Assembly: GCA_964567675.1 (NCBI GenBank)
Contig: CAZMNP010000074.1
Coordinates: 2,923-66,922, forward strand
Source: an uncultured Actinomycetes bacterium
GTDB lineage: Bacteria; Actinomycetota; UBA4738; HRBIN12
Reading direction: 5' to 3'
DNA: 64,000 bases
A program made the position numbers and the translations under genes. Below the pieces are notes generated by a model. That model ran no database searches, was not told the origin of the DNA, and saw only the letters and a program-made list of their open reading frames with translations. Of this stretch, positions 44,497 to 56,199 are shown in pieces; positions within the stretch are counted from its first letter, which is position 1; the number at the start of each line of letters is the position of its first letter.

Positions 44497-46320
44497 TCAG
44501 GCGAGCGCCGCGAACGGCGATGCCGCGTCGACGGCGACCGCGGCGAAAAGCAGCCCGAGGTAGACGATCGAGAAGCGGAACAGGCGCATCGAGTCCGCCT
44601 TGGACGCACCCAGCCAGAGCCGAAGCGCTCGCCAGACGAACCAGCCACCGAGCACGAGCGCGGCGACCGCGTAGACCGGCCCCATGTCGCCGAAGGGCAC
44701 CAGCAGGAGCGACGTCCCGAACAGCACGAGGGAATACAGCAGGATCTGCTTGCGTGTCTCCTCCGGCCCTCGCACCACGGGAAGCATCGGGATGCCGGCC
44801 GCCGCGTAGTCGTCGCGGTAGCGCATCGCGAGCGCCCAGAAATGCGGCGGCGTCCAGACGAACACGATCGCGAACAGGATCCACGCGGGTACCCCGACCG
44901 TCCCGGTCACGGCGGCCCACCCGACGAGCGCGGGAGCGGCACCCGCGGCGCCCCCGATGACGATGTTCTGGACGCTCGTGCGCTTTAGCCACATCGTGTA
45001 GACGAAGACGTAGAAGGCGATCGCCGCGAGGGCGAGGCTCGCCGCCAGCACGTTGACGACGATCGAGAGGAACAGGAACGCGGCGGCCCCCAGGACGTAC
45101 CCGAAGGCGAGCGCGTTCTCCGGGGCGATCCGCTGTGCCGGGAGCGGACGCCGGCGTGTCCGCCGCATCACCTCGTCCACGTCGCGATCGAGGTAGCAGT
45201 TGATCGCGTTCGCCGAGCCCGCGGCGACGGCGCCGCCGCCAACGGTCGCCAGGATCAACAGGATGGAGGGCAGGCCGCGCTCGGCGAGCATCATCGCCGG
45301 CACGGTCGTGATCAACAGCAGGACGATGATCCGCGGCTTCGTGAGTTGGAAGTACGCGGCCGTCGTCTCGCGGAGCGAGGTGCGCTTGCCGTTCCTCCGG
45401 GCGTCCACGTCCGAGTGCGCGTGTCCGCCCCGGCGGGTTTCGTTGCGTGCGGCGACCCAGAGTGCGACCAGCGTCGCCCAGATCGCGGCCGACAGGGCCA
45501 CGTGGGCGGTCACCGCCGCGGGCTGCAGGCGGGACCAGACGTTTGCGGCACCGACGAGGATCTGCGCGACGATCAGTGCCAGCGCGACCAGGGACAGGAT
45601 CGAGAGCGGCCGGTTCCGCGGCCGGGTCCAAGCCCGGATGAACACGAAGAGCACCAGCAGGGCTGCCGCTGCGGCCAGGACACGATGGGCGAACATCCAG
45701 GTGGCGGCCCCACCGAGCGCCGGCACGAGGCGTCCGTCCATGAGCGGCCAGTCGCGGAAGGCCAGGCCCGAGCCGGTCGCCCGGACGTACGTGCCGATGA
45801 CCAGCGCGCCGAACGTCACGAGCGCGGTCCAACCGGCCAGCGCGACGAAACCGTCACCGGGCGAGGGCCGTTCGCGTCGGCGGCCGCGACCGAACGCATA
45901 GAGCGCCTCCGCGGCGTTCGCCACGACGACGGCGACGAGCGCCATCGCGAACGCGAAGTGGACGGTCACCCAGGCCGGGTCGAGATCGGTCTGCACCACG
46001 ATGCCTCCGAGCACCGCCTGCATGAGCACGAGGGGGACGGCGGCGACGGACAACCGGAAGATCGTCCGCTGCTCCTTGTGCCGGCGCCACGCCTCGACGG
46101 CCATCCACGCGATCAGGACGACGAGGACGAACGCGACGAACCGGTGCGAATACTCGATCCAGGACTTAGCCGTCGGGTAGGGGAGCCAGCGGTCCGGCCC
46201 GCACTTGGGCCAGCTGGTGCAGCCGAGGCCCGACTCGGTCGCCCGGACGAGCCCGCCCACGCCGAACAGGAGGACGGTCGTCGAGGCGGTCGCGATCGCG
46301 AGCTTCTGGAAGCGCGTCAT
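44497..46320 (-). CDS. ctaAB: fused heme A synthase (CtaA, N-terminal) and protoheme IX farnesyltransferase (CtaB/CyoE, C-terminal)
   Basis: The N-terminal 320 aa carry the paired Cys in loop 1 (CTSWPKC) and the His-containing helices of CtaA. The C-terminal 290 aa have UbiA-family motifs ([26 protein letters not shown]). I chose the ATG at 46320. Confidence 0.8.
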   Translation of the reverse strand: MTRFQKLAIATASTTVLLFGVGGLVRATESGLGCTSWPKCGPDRWLPYPTAKSWIEYSHRFVAFVLVVLIAWMAVEAWRRHKEQRTIFRLSVAAVPLVLMQAVLGGIVVQTDLDPAWVTVHFAFAMALVAVVVANAAEALYAFGRGRRRERPSPGDGFVALAGWTALVTFGALVIGTYVRATGSGLAFRDWPLMDGRLVPALGGAATWMFAHRVLAAAAALLVLFVFIRAWTRPRNRPLSILSLVALALIVAQILVGAANVWSRLQPAAVTAHVALSAAIWATLVALWVAARNETRRGGHAHSDVDARRNGKRTSLRETTAAYFQLTKPRIIVLLLITTVPAMMLAERGLPSILLILATVGGGAVAAGSANAINCYLDRDVDEVMRRTRRRPLPAQRIAPENALAFGYVLGAAAFLFLSIVVNVLAASLALAAIAFYVFVYTMWLKRTSVQNIVIGGAAGAAPALVGWAAVTGTVGVPAWILFAIVFVWTPPHFWALAMRYRDDYAAAGIPMLPVVRGPEETRKQILLYSLVLFGTSLLLVPFGDMGPVYAVAALVLGGWFVWRALRLWLGASKADSMRLFRFSIVYLGLLFAAVAVDAASPFAALA

Positions 46321-46394
46321 GCGAAAGGGTGGTTTGCGTTCGCGGGAACGATAGCAGCCGCCGCGACGACGCATCGTCTTGCGATACTCACGGC

Positions 46395-47288
46395 GTGACC
46401 GAGCGCCCGTCCGCCGAGCCGCCCGTCGTCTCCGCCGCGCTCGACCACGCGCGCCGCCGCGTCGACCCGGCGATCGAGCGGTTCCTCGCCGACCGGCGTG
46501 CGGAGCTCACGGGGATGGGACCCGGGTCCGCGGTGCTCGTGGACGAGCTTCGCCGGCTGATCGGCGCCGGCGGCAAGCGGATCCGCCCGGCGCTGTGCCT
46601 GTGGGCCCACCGGGCGTGTGGCGGTTCGGACGAGACACCGGTCGCGAAAGCCGCTGCTGCCCTCGAGTTCCTCCACACGTTCGCGCTCGTTCACGACGAC
46701 GTGATGGACCGGTCCGACGAGCGACGCGGAGCCCCGGCCAGCCACGTGCGGTTCGCCAAGGAGGCGCCGCCGGGAGCCGACCCGGACGCCTACGGCACCG
46801 CCGTCGCGATCCTCGTGGGCGACCTGGCCGCCGTGCTCTCCGAGCAGCTACTGCGCACCTGCGGTGCCGCGCCGGGCCCGCTCGCCGTCGCCCTCGGCCG
46901 CTTCGACCGGATGCGGGTCGAGATGGCCGCGGGGCAGTTCCTGGACCTTTCGACGACGGCCGCCGGCCCCGCGCCGGCCAGTGTGGCGGCCCTGAAGACC
47001 GGCTCGTACACGGCCGAGGGGCCCGTGCTGATCGGTGCGGCCCTCGCCGAGGCGGGTCCGTCGGCGGAGGGTCCACTGCGCGTCTACGGCAGGCTGGTCG
47101 GCGAGGCCTTTCAGCTTCGCGACGACGTGATCGACGGCGACGCGGCTCCGAACGCGGCCGCGCGGGTCGGCGACCTCGTGGACCGCGGCATCGCCGCGCT
47201 CGAGGGCGCCTCGCTCGAAGCGGAGGGCGTTTCCGCGCTGGTCGAGATCGCCGAACTCGTGCGTCTTCGCCGGGAGGGCGGGACCTGA
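46395..47288 (+). CDS. polyprenyl diphosphate synthase (trans-IPPS)
   Basis: Two Asp-rich motifs are present (LVHDDVMD and QLRDDVID). It starts with GTG. Confidence 0.8.
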   Translation: MTERPSAEPPVVSAALDHARRRVDPAIERFLADRRAELTGMGPGSAVLVDELRRLIGAGGKRIRPALCLWAHRACGGSDETPVAKAAAALEFLHTFALVHDDVMDRSDERRGAPASHVRFAKEAPPGADPDAYGTAVAILVGDLAAVLSEQLLRTCGAAPGPLAVALGRFDRMRVEMAAGQFLDLSTTAAGPAPASVAALKTGSYTAEGPVLIGAALAEAGPSAEGPLRVYGRLVGEAFQLRDDVIDGDAAPNAAARVGDLVDRGIAALEGASLEAEGVSALVEIAELVRLRREGGT

Positions 47289-47728
47289 TGCAGGTTCGAG
47301 ACGTGGACGCCACCGCCGCCCGGCGGATGTTCGCGGGGCTTCCGGTCGTGAGCGTCGCGACGTTGAACGCCGACGGGTCGCCCCACGTGGTCCCGCTCTG
47401 GTTCGTGTGGACCGCCGAGGCGATCTTCGTCTCGACCCGGCGCGAGGGACGGACGTGGGCGAACGTGTCGGCCGACCCGCGCGTCGCGCTGTCGATCGAT
47501 CTCGGCCGGGCTTGGGTCGAGATCGCCGGGATCGAGGTACGCGGCCGTGCCGAGCTCCTGCCCGCCGAGGACGCCGGGATGCGCAAGCCGCTGTCGGCGT
47601 GGCACGAGAAGTACCGCCCGCTGCTGACGGGGGATGGGTTCCCGAGGTTCGCCGAGGAGATCCGCGGACTCGGGTTCCTCCGCGTGACACCCGAGCGGAT
47701 CGCCGCCTGGGACCACGCGCGCGAGTAG
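47288..47728 (+). CDS. pyridoxamine-5'-phosphate-oxidase-family / F420-dependent PPOX-class protein
   Basis: A 146-aa protein with the split-barrel pattern (PHVVPLWFVW...VALSID). The ATG overlaps the upstream stop. Confidence 0.6.
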   Translation: MQVRDVDATAARRMFAGLPVVSVATLNADGSPHVVPLWFVWTAEAIFVSTRREGRTWANVSADPRVALSIDLGRAWVEIAGIEVRGRAELLPAEDAGMRKPLSAWHEKYRPLLTGDGFPRFAEEIRGLGFLRVTPERIAAWDHARE

Positions 47729-47796
47729 CGGTCCGGCTCCGCCGTCCGCCGCCCCGAGGCCCGGTTTGAACCGGTCTACGCGGCGCGACTAGGGTT

Positions 47797-47812
47797 TGTG
47801 ACGCGTTTCACA
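47797..47812. promoter_or_regulatory. perfect CRP/GlxR-type palindrome TGTGA-CGCGTT-TCACA
   Basis: The site can be read directly in a locally AT-rich patch. Confidence 0.5.
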
Positions 47813-47828
47813 AGTCGTTAGCATCCTT

Positions 47829-47844
47829 TGTGAATTTTTTCACA
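47829..47844. promoter_or_regulatory. perfect CRP/GlxR-type palindrome TGTGA-ATTTTT-TCACA
   Basis: The site can be read directly. Its centre is 32 bp from the first site. It lies 20 nt upstream of the GTG at 47864. Confidence 0.5.
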
Positions 47845-47863
47845 AGCGGTGGGGGGAGATCCG

Positions 47864-49114
47864 GTGTCGAGCCCGAGCGCGCACATCGAGACCGATGTCC
47901 TGATCGTCGGCGCCGGCCCCGGCGGCTCGACGGCCGCGTACCACCTCGCGCGGCACGGCATCGACGTCACCCTGATGGACAAGGCGTCGTTCCCCCGCGA
48001 GAAGGTCTGCGGCGACGGGCTCCCGCCGCGCGCGGTCGTCGCCGTGCAGCGCATGGGGATCGACACCGACGATCCCCGGTTCGAGCGACACGGCGGACTT
48101 CGGATCTACTCGCGCAAGACGATGCTCGAGCTCCCCTGGCCGGCGCTCGAGGACTTCCCCGCATCCGGCCTGACCATGACCCGGTACGGCTTCGACGAGA
48201 TCCTCGTCCGCCAGGCCGAGAAGGCAGGCGCCGGACTCCGGGAAAGGATGGAGGCGATCTCCCCGGCCATCGACAACGGCTGGGTGACGGGCGCGAGGGT
48301 GCGCGACCTCGAGCGGGACGAGGAGGTGGACGTCCGGGCCCGCTTCGTGATCGCGGCCGACGGCGCCGCATCGCGGTTCGCAGCCCAGGCGGGGGTCCGG
48401 CGGGACCCGACGAAGCCGCTCGGCATCGCCGCGCGCCGCTACTACCGGATCGACCGGCATCCCGGCCCATGGCTCGAGGTGTGGATGGACCTGTGGGAGG
48501 GCGACGAGATCATGCCCGGCTACGGATGGCTGTTCGCTCTCCCCGACGGCTCGGTGAACCTTGGCGCCGGCGTCCTCAACACGTTCAAGAGCTTCAAGGA
48601 CGTCTCTGCCCCGCGGGTGTTCGAGGCGTTCGCGAAGATGTTGCCCGAGGAATGGGGTGTCAGCGAGGAGACCGCCGAAGGACGGGCGCTCTCCGGTCCG
48701 TTGCCGATGGGAGGGTCCCGGGTCCCCACCGCGGTCCCGGGGATGTTGGTCGTCGGGGACGCCGCCGGGCTCGTGAATCCCTTCAACGGCGAGGGGATCG
48801 CGTACGCGATGGAAACGGGTGAGCTCGCGGCCGAGCTCATCCACGAGGCCCTCGTGCGCGACCGGCCGGGCATCGCGCAGCTGTATCCGGCCATCCTTCG
48901 CGAGCGGTACGCACGGTACTTCCGCGTCGGGAACAACTTCGTGCGGGCCATCGGCCACCCGGCCGTGATGCGGACGCTGACCGAGTACGGGCTGCCCCAG
49001 GAGTGGCTCATGCGGTTCGCCCTGCGGGTGATGGGGAACCTGACCGACGGGCGGAAGGGCGACTTCCAGGACAAGCTGATGAACGCGATCGTCCGGCTCG
49101 CGAGGGCCGCTTAG
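47864..49114 (+). CDS. geranylgeranyl-reductase-family FAD-dependent oxidoreductase (possible menaquinone reductase)
   Basis: An FAD site is present ([15 protein letters not shown]), with the GGR family C-terminus. The GTG at 47864 has a GGGGGAGA RBS. The GTG at 47849 is an alternative start. Confidence 0.75.
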   Translation: MSSPSAHIETDVLIVGAGPGGSTAAYHLARHGIDVTLMDKASFPREKVCGDGLPPRAVVAVQRMGIDTDDPRFERHGGLRIYSRKTMLELPWPALEDFPASGLTMTRYGFDEILVRQAEKAGAGLRERMEAISPAIDNGWVTGARVRDLERDEEVDVRARFVIAADGAASRFAAQAGVRRDPTKPLGIAARRYYRIDRHPGPWLEVWMDLWEGDEIMPGYGWLFALPDGSVNLGAGVLNTFKSFKDVSAPRVFEAFAKMLPEEWGVSEETAEGRALSGPLPMGGSRVPTAVPGMLVVGDAAGLVNPFNGEGIAYAMETGELAAELIHEALVRDRPGIAQLYPAILRERYARYFRVGNNFVRAIGHPAVMRTLTEYGLPQEWLMRFALRVMGNLTDGRKGDFQDKLMNAIVRLARAA

Positions 49115-49123
49115 GAGGATCGG

Positions 49124-49561
49124 ATGGAGCTCGCCGAGTACCTGCCGATCGTGATCTTGGCGACGCTCGCGCTCGCGTTCGCCGTGTTTTCCCTGTCGGC
49201 GTCGGCTCTGCTCCGTCCCCACAAGCCGACGCCGGCCAAGCTCGCGCCGTACGAGTGCGGCATCGTCCCCGAACGACTGCCGAAGGGAGAGCGGTTCAGC
49301 GTCAAGTTCTACGTCGTCGCGATGCTGTTCATCATCTTCGACATCGAGACGATCTTCCTGTTCCCCTGGGCCGTCGGGTTCCGCCAGCTCGGCCTGTTCG
49401 GGCTCGTCGAGATGGCCGTGTTCATCGCGCTCGTCTTCGTCGCCTACGTCTATGTCTGGAAGAAGGGCGGTCTGGACTGGCAGCGCGACGAGCGGCGCCG
49501 GGCGGGAGCAGCGGTGGATACGGCTCGAGCCGACGCGCGGGAGCTGACCCATGCCGGTTGA
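49124..49561 (+). CDS. nuoA: NADH-quinone oxidoreductase subunit A, with ~25-aa C-terminal extension
   Basis: The NuoA core is present (YECGIVPE...[15 protein letters not shown]). An AGGAGG RBS precedes the ATG. Confidence 0.85.
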   Translation: MELAEYLPIVILATLALAFAVFSLSASALLRPHKPTPAKLAPYECGIVPERLPKGERFSVKFYVVAMLFIIFDIETIFLFPWAVGFRQLGLFGLVEMAVFIALVFVAYVYVWKKGGLDWQRDERRRAGAAVDTARADARELTHAG

Positions 49562-49575
49562 GCGGGAGCCGACCC

Positions 49576-49587
<12 letters not shown>
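49538..49587 (+). repeat. 25-bp imperfect tandem duplication (cgggagCtgacccatgccGgttgag / cgggagCcgacccatgccCgttgag) spanning the nuoA stop and nuoB start
   Basis: This is a direct tandem repeat with 2 mismatches. Copy 2 supplies the nuoB ATG. Confidence 0.6.
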
Positions 49588-50094
<507 letters not shown>

Positions 50095-50125
50095 CCGGCC
50101 GCCGGACGGTGGAGCGGCGCGCCGC

Positions 50126-50623
50126 GTGAGGGTCGACGAGCTCGCCGCGAAGGTGCGCCCGCGACACCCCGATGTCGTCGTCGCCAGGGGCGAGGCGATG
50201 GTCGTGGTCGAACGCGGGGAGCTCCTGGGGGCCCTCGCCGAGCTGCGGGACGACCCCGCGCTCGAGCTCGACTTCCTCTCGAGCGTGACGGCGACGGACT
50301 GGCCCGATCGCGACCCGCGGTTCTGGATCTCCTACGAGCTCTACTCGCTCGCTCACCGACACCGGCTCCGGGTGCAGGTCGGTCTCCCGCACGACGACCC
50401 GAGCGTCCCCTCGGTCGTCGGTCTGTTCCCGACGGCGAACTGGCATGAACGCGAGACCTACGACTTCTACGGCATCGTCTTCGACGGCCATCCCGATCTC
50501 CGGCGGATCCTGCTGCCGGACGGGTGGCGGGGGTGGCCGCTGCGCAAGGACGAAGAGCTCGGCGGCGTCGACACCAGGTATCAGGGCGCGTTCATCCCAC
50601 CCGTCGACAAGAGGACCACGTGA
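50126..50623 (+). CDS. nuoC: NADH-quinone oxidoreductase subunit C
   Basis: The 30-kDa subunit pattern is present ([22 protein letters not shown]). Confidence 0.85.
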   Translation: MRVDELAAKVRPRHPDVVVARGEAMVVVERGELLGALAELRDDPALELDFLSSVTATDWPDRDPRFWISYELYSLAHRHRLRVQVGLPHDDPSVPSVVGLFPTANWHERETYDFYGIVFDGHPDLRRILLPDGWRGWPLRKDEELGGVDTRYQGAFIPPVDKRTT

Positions 50624-51870
50624 GCGACGACGCGCTGTGGACCGGCGAGCTCCGCCAGGAGACCTTGGTCATCAACATGGGCCCGCAGCACCCGTCGACG
50701 CACGGGGTGCTGCGGCTCCTGCTCGAGCTCGACGGCGAGACGGTCGTGACGTGCACGCCGATCATCGGCTACCTCCATACCGGCATCGAGAAGAACACCG
50801 AGTACCGCACCTGGCAGCAGGGTGTCGCCTACGTCACGCGAGCGGACTACCTGTCCCCGTTCTTCAACGAGACCGCGTACTGCCTCGCCGCCGAGCGCCT
50901 GCTCGGGATCGAGGCGCCCCCACGCGCCCAGGTGCTCCGCGTGCTCTTCATGGAGATGAACCGGATCGCCTCGCACCTGGTCTGGCTCGCCACAGCCGGG
51001 ATGGAGCTCGGCGCGATCAGCCTCATGCTGTACGGCTTCCGCGAACGCGAGGAGATCATGGAGATCTTCGAGGCGGCGACGGGACTTCGGATGAACCACG
51101 CGTACGTCCGGATCGGCGGCGTCATCATGGACCTGCCCGATGGCGGGCTCGACCAGGTCGGCGACTTCCTCGAGATGATGCCGGGCCGGATCCGCGAGTA
51201 TGAGAACCTGCTCTCGAAGAACCCGATCTGGCTCGAGCGCAACGTCGGTGTCGGCGTCCTGCCGGTGGCCGAGGCCCTTTCGTTCGGCGTCACCGGACCG
51301 ATCCTTCGCGCTTCCGGCCTCGCCCGGGACGTCCGGAAGGACGAGCCCTATTGCGGCTACGAGACCTACGAGTTCGACGTGCCGGTGCGCGAGGCCGGGG
51401 ACTGCTACGCGCGGTACGAGGTCCGGATCGACGAGATGCGGCAGTCCCTGCGGATCGTCGAGCAATGCGTGGAACGGCTGCGCGAGCCCGGTCTCGTGAT
51501 GATCGAGGACCCGAAGCTTCGCTGGCCCGCCCAGCTCGAGGTGGGACCGGACGGGATCGGGAACTCCCAGCGATACATCACGCACATCATGGAGGAGTCG
51601 ATGGAGGCCCTCATCCATCACTTCAAGATCGTGACCGAGGGCATCTCCGTCCCGGCGGGGGAGGTCTACCTCCCGGTCGAGTCCCCACGCGGCGAGCTCG
51701 GCATGTTCGTGGTGTCGGACGGCAGCAACAAGCCGTACCGCGTCAAGATCCGAGATCCCTCATTCGTGAACCTGCAGGCGGTTCCCGAGATGGTGGACGG
51801 CGGCCTCGTCGCCGACACCGTCGCGGTGATCTCGAGCGTCGACCCCGTGATGGGCGGGGTTGATCGCTGA
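50620..51870 (+). CDS. nuoD: NADH-quinone oxidoreductase subunit D
   Basis: The 49-kDa subunit pattern is present ([14 protein letters not shown]...). The GTG overlaps the nuoC stop. Confidence 0.9.
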   Translation: MSDDALWTGELRQETLVINMGPQHPSTHGVLRLLLELDGETVVTCTPIIGYLHTGIEKNTEYRTWQQGVAYVTRADYLSPFFNETAYCLAAERLLGIEAPPRAQVLRVLFMEMNRIASHLVWLATAGMELGAISLMLYGFREREEIMEIFEAATGLRMNHAYVRIGGVIMDLPDGGLDQVGDFLEMMPGRIREYENLLSKNPIWLERNVGVGVLPVAEALSFGVTGPILRASGLARDVRKDEPYCGYETYEFDVPVREAGDCYARYEVRIDEMRQSLRIVEQCVERLREPGLVMIEDPKLRWPAQLEVGPDGIGNSQRYITHIMEESMEALIHHFKIVTEGISVPAGEVYLPVESPRGELGMFVVSDGSNKPYRVKIRDPSFVNLQAVPEMVDGGLVADTVAVISSVDPVMGGVDR

Positions 51871-52436
51871 TGCCCGTGCTCGCCGAGGACCTCCGCGGCA
51901 AGGCCGAGGAGATCAAGGCCCGCTACCCGCAAGGCCGCGAGCGCTCGGCGATCCTGCCGCTGCTCTACCTCGTGCAGTCCGTCGAGGGACACGTCTCGCG
52001 CGACGGGCTGCGTGAGGTGGCCGAGCTCCTTGGGCTCACGACGGCGGAGGTCGAGGCGGTCGCGACGTTCTACACGATGCTGCGGCTGGCCCCGACGGGG
52101 ACACATCTCGTGAACGTCTGCACGAACCTGTCCTGCGCACTCCGCGGGGCGAAAGTCGTGTACGAGACCGCCCACGACGTTACGGGGATCTCGAACGGTT
52201 CCGCCGTCTCGGACGACGGCTTGTTCTCGGTCGCCGAGGAGGAATGCCTCGGCGCGTGTGATGCCGCGCCCGTCGTCCAGATCGACTTCGCGAACCACGA
52301 CCGCGTCACGCCAGACCGGATGCGAGAGCTGATCGAGCAGGTCCGCGCGGGCCAGGTCCCGGCCCCGTCGCGCGGAGAAGCGCCGGCGGATCTCCGGCAC
52401 GCCTCGCGGATCCTCGCCGGGATCGAGGCCGACTGA
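51870..52436 (+). CDS. nuoE: NADH-quinone oxidoreductase subunit E
   Basis: The 2Fe-2S thioredoxin-like fold is present (CTNLSC, CLGACDAAP). Confidence 0.85.
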   Translation: MPVLAEDLRGKAEEIKARYPQGRERSAILPLLYLVQSVEGHVSRDGLREVAELLGLTTAEVEAVATFYTMLRLAPTGTHLVNVCTNLSCALRGAKVVYETAHDVTGISNGSAVSDDGLFSVAEEECLGACDAAPVVQIDFANHDRVTPDRMRELIEQVRAGQVPAPSRGEAPADLRHASRILAGIEAD

Positions 52437-53767
52437 TGGCCGAGAGGATCATCACGGCGAACTGGGGGAACCCCGACGTGGTCGGTATCGACGGCTACAT
52501 GGCCGCCGGTGGGTACGGGTCCCTGCGCACGGCGCTCGGGATGACCCCGGCCGACCTGATCGACGTGGTCAAGGCGTCGGGCCTGCGCGGTCGCGGGGGC
52601 GCCGGCTTCCCGACGGGCGTGAAGTGGTCCTTCGTGCCGCAGGACACGGGGAAGCCGACCTACGCGGTCGCGAACTTCGACGAGTCCGAGCCCGGCACGT
52701 TCAACAACCGCGAGCTGATCGAGCGCGATCCCCACCAGTTCCTCGAGGGACTCGCGATCGCCACGTACGCGATCGGCAGCCACGAGGCGTACGTGTACTG
52801 CCGGGGAGAGTTCCTGTGGCCGGACCAGGTCTTGGAACGCGCGATCGCCGAGGCGTACACGAAGGGCGTGTTCGGCGACGACGTCCTCGGCACCGGCTAT
52901 CAGATGAAGGTGATCCAGCACCGCGGCGCCGGCGCGTACATCTGCGGGGAGGAGACGGCGCTGCTCTCCTCGCTCGAGGGTTTCCGCGGGCAACCCCGGC
53001 TCCGGCCGCCGTTCCCGGCGGTCGAGGGCCTCTACGGATGCCCGACGCTGATCAACAACGTCGAGACCCTGTGCAACGTCCCGCACATCGTCCGCAACGG
53101 CGCCGCGTGGTTCGCCGGTATCGGCCCCGAGAAGTCGCCCGGGACGAAGGTCTTCAGCGTCTCGGGCAAGGTGGAGCGTCCCGGGAACTACGAGCTCCCG
53201 ATGGGGACGACGCTCGGGACCCTGCTCGAGGAGCACGCGGGCGGTGTCCTCGGCGGAAAGCGCCTGAAGGCGTGGACGCCGGGGGGCTCCTCGACGCCGA
53301 TGCTCACCGACGAGCATCGGGACGTCGCGCTCGACTTCGAGTCCGTCGCAGCCGCGGGATCGCTCCTGGGGACCGGGGCCATCATCGTGATGGACGAGAC
53401 CGATTGCATCGTCGAGGCGACGCGCCGGCTCGTCGCCTTCTACGCGCACGAGTCCTGCGGGAAGTGCACCCCGTGCCGTGAGGGGACGTGGTGGGTGAGT
53501 CGCGTCCTGGGCCGGATCGAGTCGGGCTACGGACGGCCCGAGGACCTTCCGCTCCTGGACGACATCGGGAAGAACATCCTGTTCCGCGCCTTCTGCGCGC
53601 TCGCCGACGGCGCGGTGAGCCCGATCCAGTCGAGCCTCAAGTACTTCCGGGACGAGTACGACCAGCACATCGCGGAGCGCCGGTGCCCGTTCACGGGCGT
53701 TGGTCCCGGCGTCCAGAAGCACGGCCGCGAGATCGCCGAACCGGGGCTGTCGGAGGTCCTGGGATGA
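52436..53767 (+). CDS. nuoF: NADH-quinone oxidoreductase subunit F
   Basis: The FMN/NADH site (GRGGAGFPTG) and the 4Fe-4S site (ESCGKCTPCREG) are present. Confidence 0.9.
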   Translation: MAERIITANWGNPDVVGIDGYMAAGGYGSLRTALGMTPADLIDVVKASGLRGRGGAGFPTGVKWSFVPQDTGKPTYAVANFDESEPGTFNNRELIERDPHQFLEGLAIATYAIGSHEAYVYCRGEFLWPDQVLERAIAEAYTKGVFGDDVLGTGYQMKVIQHRGAGAYICGEETALLSSLEGFRGQPRLRPPFPAVEGLYGCPTLINNVETLCNVPHIVRNGAAWFAGIGPEKSPGTKVFSVSGKVERPGNYELPMGTTLGTLLEEHAGGVLGGKRLKAWTPGGSSTPMLTDEHRDVALDFESVAAAGSLLGTGAIIVMDETDCIVEATRRLVAFYAHESCGKCTPCREGTWWVSRVLGRIESGYGRPEDLPLLDDIGKNILFRAFCALADGAVSPIQSSLKYFRDEYDQHIAERRCPFTGVGPGVQKHGREIAEPGLSEVLG

Positions 53768-56199
53768 CCGGCGCGCCCGCGGAGCTCGTCACGCTCACGG
53801 TGGACGGCAAGGAGGTGACCGTCCCGAAGGGAACGCTGATCATCCGCGCCGCCGAGCAGCTCGGGGTCGAGATCCCGCGCTTCTGCGACCACCCGTTCCT
53901 CGAGCCCGTCGGCGCCTGCCGCCAGTGCTACGTCGAGATCGAGGGGCAGCGGAAGCTGTTCACCTCGTGCACGACCGAGGTCGGCCCGGGCATGGTGGTG
54001 AAGACGCAGTACTCGTCGGAGGTGGCCCAGGACGCCCAGGTCGCGAACCTGGAGTTCCTGCTGCTCAACCACCCGCTCGACTGTCCGATCTGCGACCGGG
54101 GCGGCGAGTGCCCGCTGCAAGACCAGGCGCTCGCGTTCGGTCCCGGCGAGAGCCGGTACCGCGAGCCCAAGCGCGTCTACGAGAAGCCGATCGCGCTCTC
54201 GCCGCTCGTCGCGCTCGACCGCGAGCGCTGCGTGCTGTGCGCGAGGTGCACGCGCTTCTGCGACGAGATCAGCGGCGACCGCTTCATCGAGTTGTTCGCG
54301 CGGAGCGCCGGCGAGCGGGTGTCGATCGCGGCGGGGGAGGACTTCCGCTCGCCGTTCAGCGGGAACACGGTGCAGATCTGCCCCGTCGGCGCGCTCACCT
54401 CGACGACGTATCGATTCGCCGCGCGCCCGTTCGACCTGTCGACGGCCGACTCGGTCTGCGGACACTGCTCCTCCGGGTGCAACGTGCGGGTCGACCTGCG
54501 CCGAGGCGAGGTCGTTCGAGTCCTGGCCCGCGACAACGTGGACGTGAACGATGCCTGGATCTGCGACAAGGGGCGGTACGCGTTCCGCCACGCCGACCTC
54601 GACACGCGCGTCACGACCCCACTCCTGCGCGATCCGGGGCTCGAGCCGGTGTCGTTCGACGAGGTGTTCGGCGAGATCGCCCGGTGGTCGGGCGGGGGGC
54701 GGGTCGCGTTCCTCACGGGTGGACGCCTGCCCGACGAGGACGCCTACGCGCTCTCCAAGCTTGCTCGGACGGCGTTCGGAACGAACGACGTGGATCATCG
54801 CCGCGCGCCGCACGGCGGACAGGCCGAAGAGCTCGCTGCCGCGACGCCGCTCGCCACGACCTATCGCGACGTCGAGCGCGCGAAGGTGATCCTCGTCGCC
54901 GGGCTCGACGCCGAGCAGGAGGTGCCGATCCTGCACCTTCGGATCCGGAAGGCGGCCCGCCGGGGCGCGAAGGTCTTCGTGATCCACCCACGGACGACGC
55001 GGCTGCGCGACGTCGCCGAGCATCGGCTCTGCCGCCCCGAGCACCAGACCTACGTGCTGGAGCGGATCCATGACGGCGATGACGGGGCCGAGACCTTCGA
55101 GGGGCGCGTCGCCGCCGCGCTGCGCGAGGCCGGCGCGGCCGCCGTCGTGATCGCCGGGGAGCGGCTTGCCGAGCACCCGCTTGCCGCAGACGTCGCGCTC
55201 TCGGTCGCGCAGCGGTTCGGCGCGCGCTTCGCCTTCGTGACGCGGCGCGCGAACGATCGGGGAGCGCTCCGCGCCGGGCTGCACCCCGCGATGCTTCCCG
55301 GCGGCCGCCGCGTCTTGAACGACGTGGAGCGCGGCGAGGTCGAGGCCGTCTGGGGCCTGGTTGGCACCGGTGGTCCGGGACGCTCGGCGCGACAGATCCT
55401 CGAGGCGTGCGCGCGACGCGAGATCGAGGTCCTGTTCCTGATCGGGGCGGATCCGCTCCGCGACTTCCCCGATGGGGGACTCGCCCGGCGCGCCCTCGCG
55501 AACGTCCGGTTCAAGGTGGTCCAGGGGCTGGAGCTCGGCGAGCTCGAGCCGTACGCGGACGCCTTCCTGCCCGCGGCCGCCTGGTCCGAACGCGAGGGCA
55601 ACGTGACCGACTGGGAGGGGCGTTCCCAGCGGATGCGGCCGGTCCGCGGCCCGCTCGGCCTGTCACGGCCGGATTGGGAGATCTTCGCCGGCCTCGCCGA
55701 GGCGATGGGACGTGGGCTCGGGTTCGACTCGCTCGAGGACCTCCGGGAAGAGGCCGCAGGACTGCTCGCGCCTCGCGCCGTTCCGGTGCGCGGCACGGCG
55801 TGGACCGGGACCGGGCGGCCGCAACTGCTCGGCGACCTCACGTTGTTCTCGTACCCGCTCCTCGTGGACGAGGGTCGCATGCTCGAGGGCGCCACCGAGC
55901 TCAAGGCCGCGCTGGAGGATCCCGCGTTCGCCGAGATCCACCCCGACGACGCGGAGAAGCGCGGCGTGCAGGATGGAGCACGCGTTCGGGTGAAGACGGA
56001 GGCGGGCGAGCTCGTCCTGCCGGTCCGGATCACGCGAGACGTGGCGGCCGGCTCGGTCTTCGTGCCGTTCAATCAGCCGGGCGCGAGGGCGAACACGGTG
56101 CTTACGGGCGGGTTCGTCGGGCCTGTGACGGTCGCGCTCGCGGAAGAGGGGGCCCCAAGCAACGGAGCGGTCGCTCAGACGGAGGAGGTGGCCTCCTGA
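53764..56199 (+). CDS. nuoG: NADH-quinone oxidoreductase subunit G
   Basis: The N-terminal 2Fe-2S and 4Fe-4S motifs ([20 protein letters not shown]) and a molybdopterin-like domain are present. Confidence 0.9.
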   Translation: MTGAPAELVTLTVDGKEVTVPKGTLIIRAAEQLGVEIPRFCDHPFLEPVGACRQCYVEIEGQRKLFTSCTTEVGPGMVVKTQYSSEVAQDAQVANLEFLLLNHPLDCPICDRGGECPLQDQALAFGPGESRYREPKRVYEKPIALSPLVALDRERCVLCARCTRFCDEISGDRFIELFARSAGERVSIAAGEDFRSPFSGNTVQICPVGALTSTTYRFAARPFDLSTADSVCGHCSSGCNVRVDLRRGEVVRVLARDNVDVNDAWICDKGRYAFRHADLDTRVTTPLLRDPGLEPVSFDEVFGEIARWSGGGRVAFLTGGRLPDEDAYALSKLARTAFGTNDVDHRRAPHGGQAEELAAATPLATTYRDVERAKVILVAGLDAEQEVPILHLRIRKAARRGAKVFVIHPRTTRLRDVAEHRLCRPEHQTYVLERIHDGDDGAETFEGRVAAALREAGAAAVVIAGERLAEHPLAADVALSVAQRFGARFAFVTRRANDRGALRAGLHPAMLPGGRRVLNDVERGEVEAVWGLVGTGGPGRSARQILEACARREIEVLFLIGADPLRDFPDGGLARRALANVRFKVVQGLELGELEPYADAFLPAAAWSEREGNVTDWEGRSQRMRPVRGPLGLSRPDWEIFAGLAEAMGRGLGFDSLEDLREEAAGLLAPRAVPVRGTAWTGTGRPQLLGDLTLFSYPLLVDEGRMLEGATELKAALEDPAFAEIHPDDAEKRGVQDGARVRVKTEAGELVLPVRITRDVAAGSVFVPFNQPGARANTVLTGGFVGPVTVALAEEGAPSNGAVAQTEEVAS

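Noticed and set aside
47761-47774. Palindrome CCGGTTTGAACCGG after the PPOX-family gene as a terminator
   Set aside because: The stem has only 5-6 bp with a 2-4-nt loop, and no U-tract follows. It is too weak to call.
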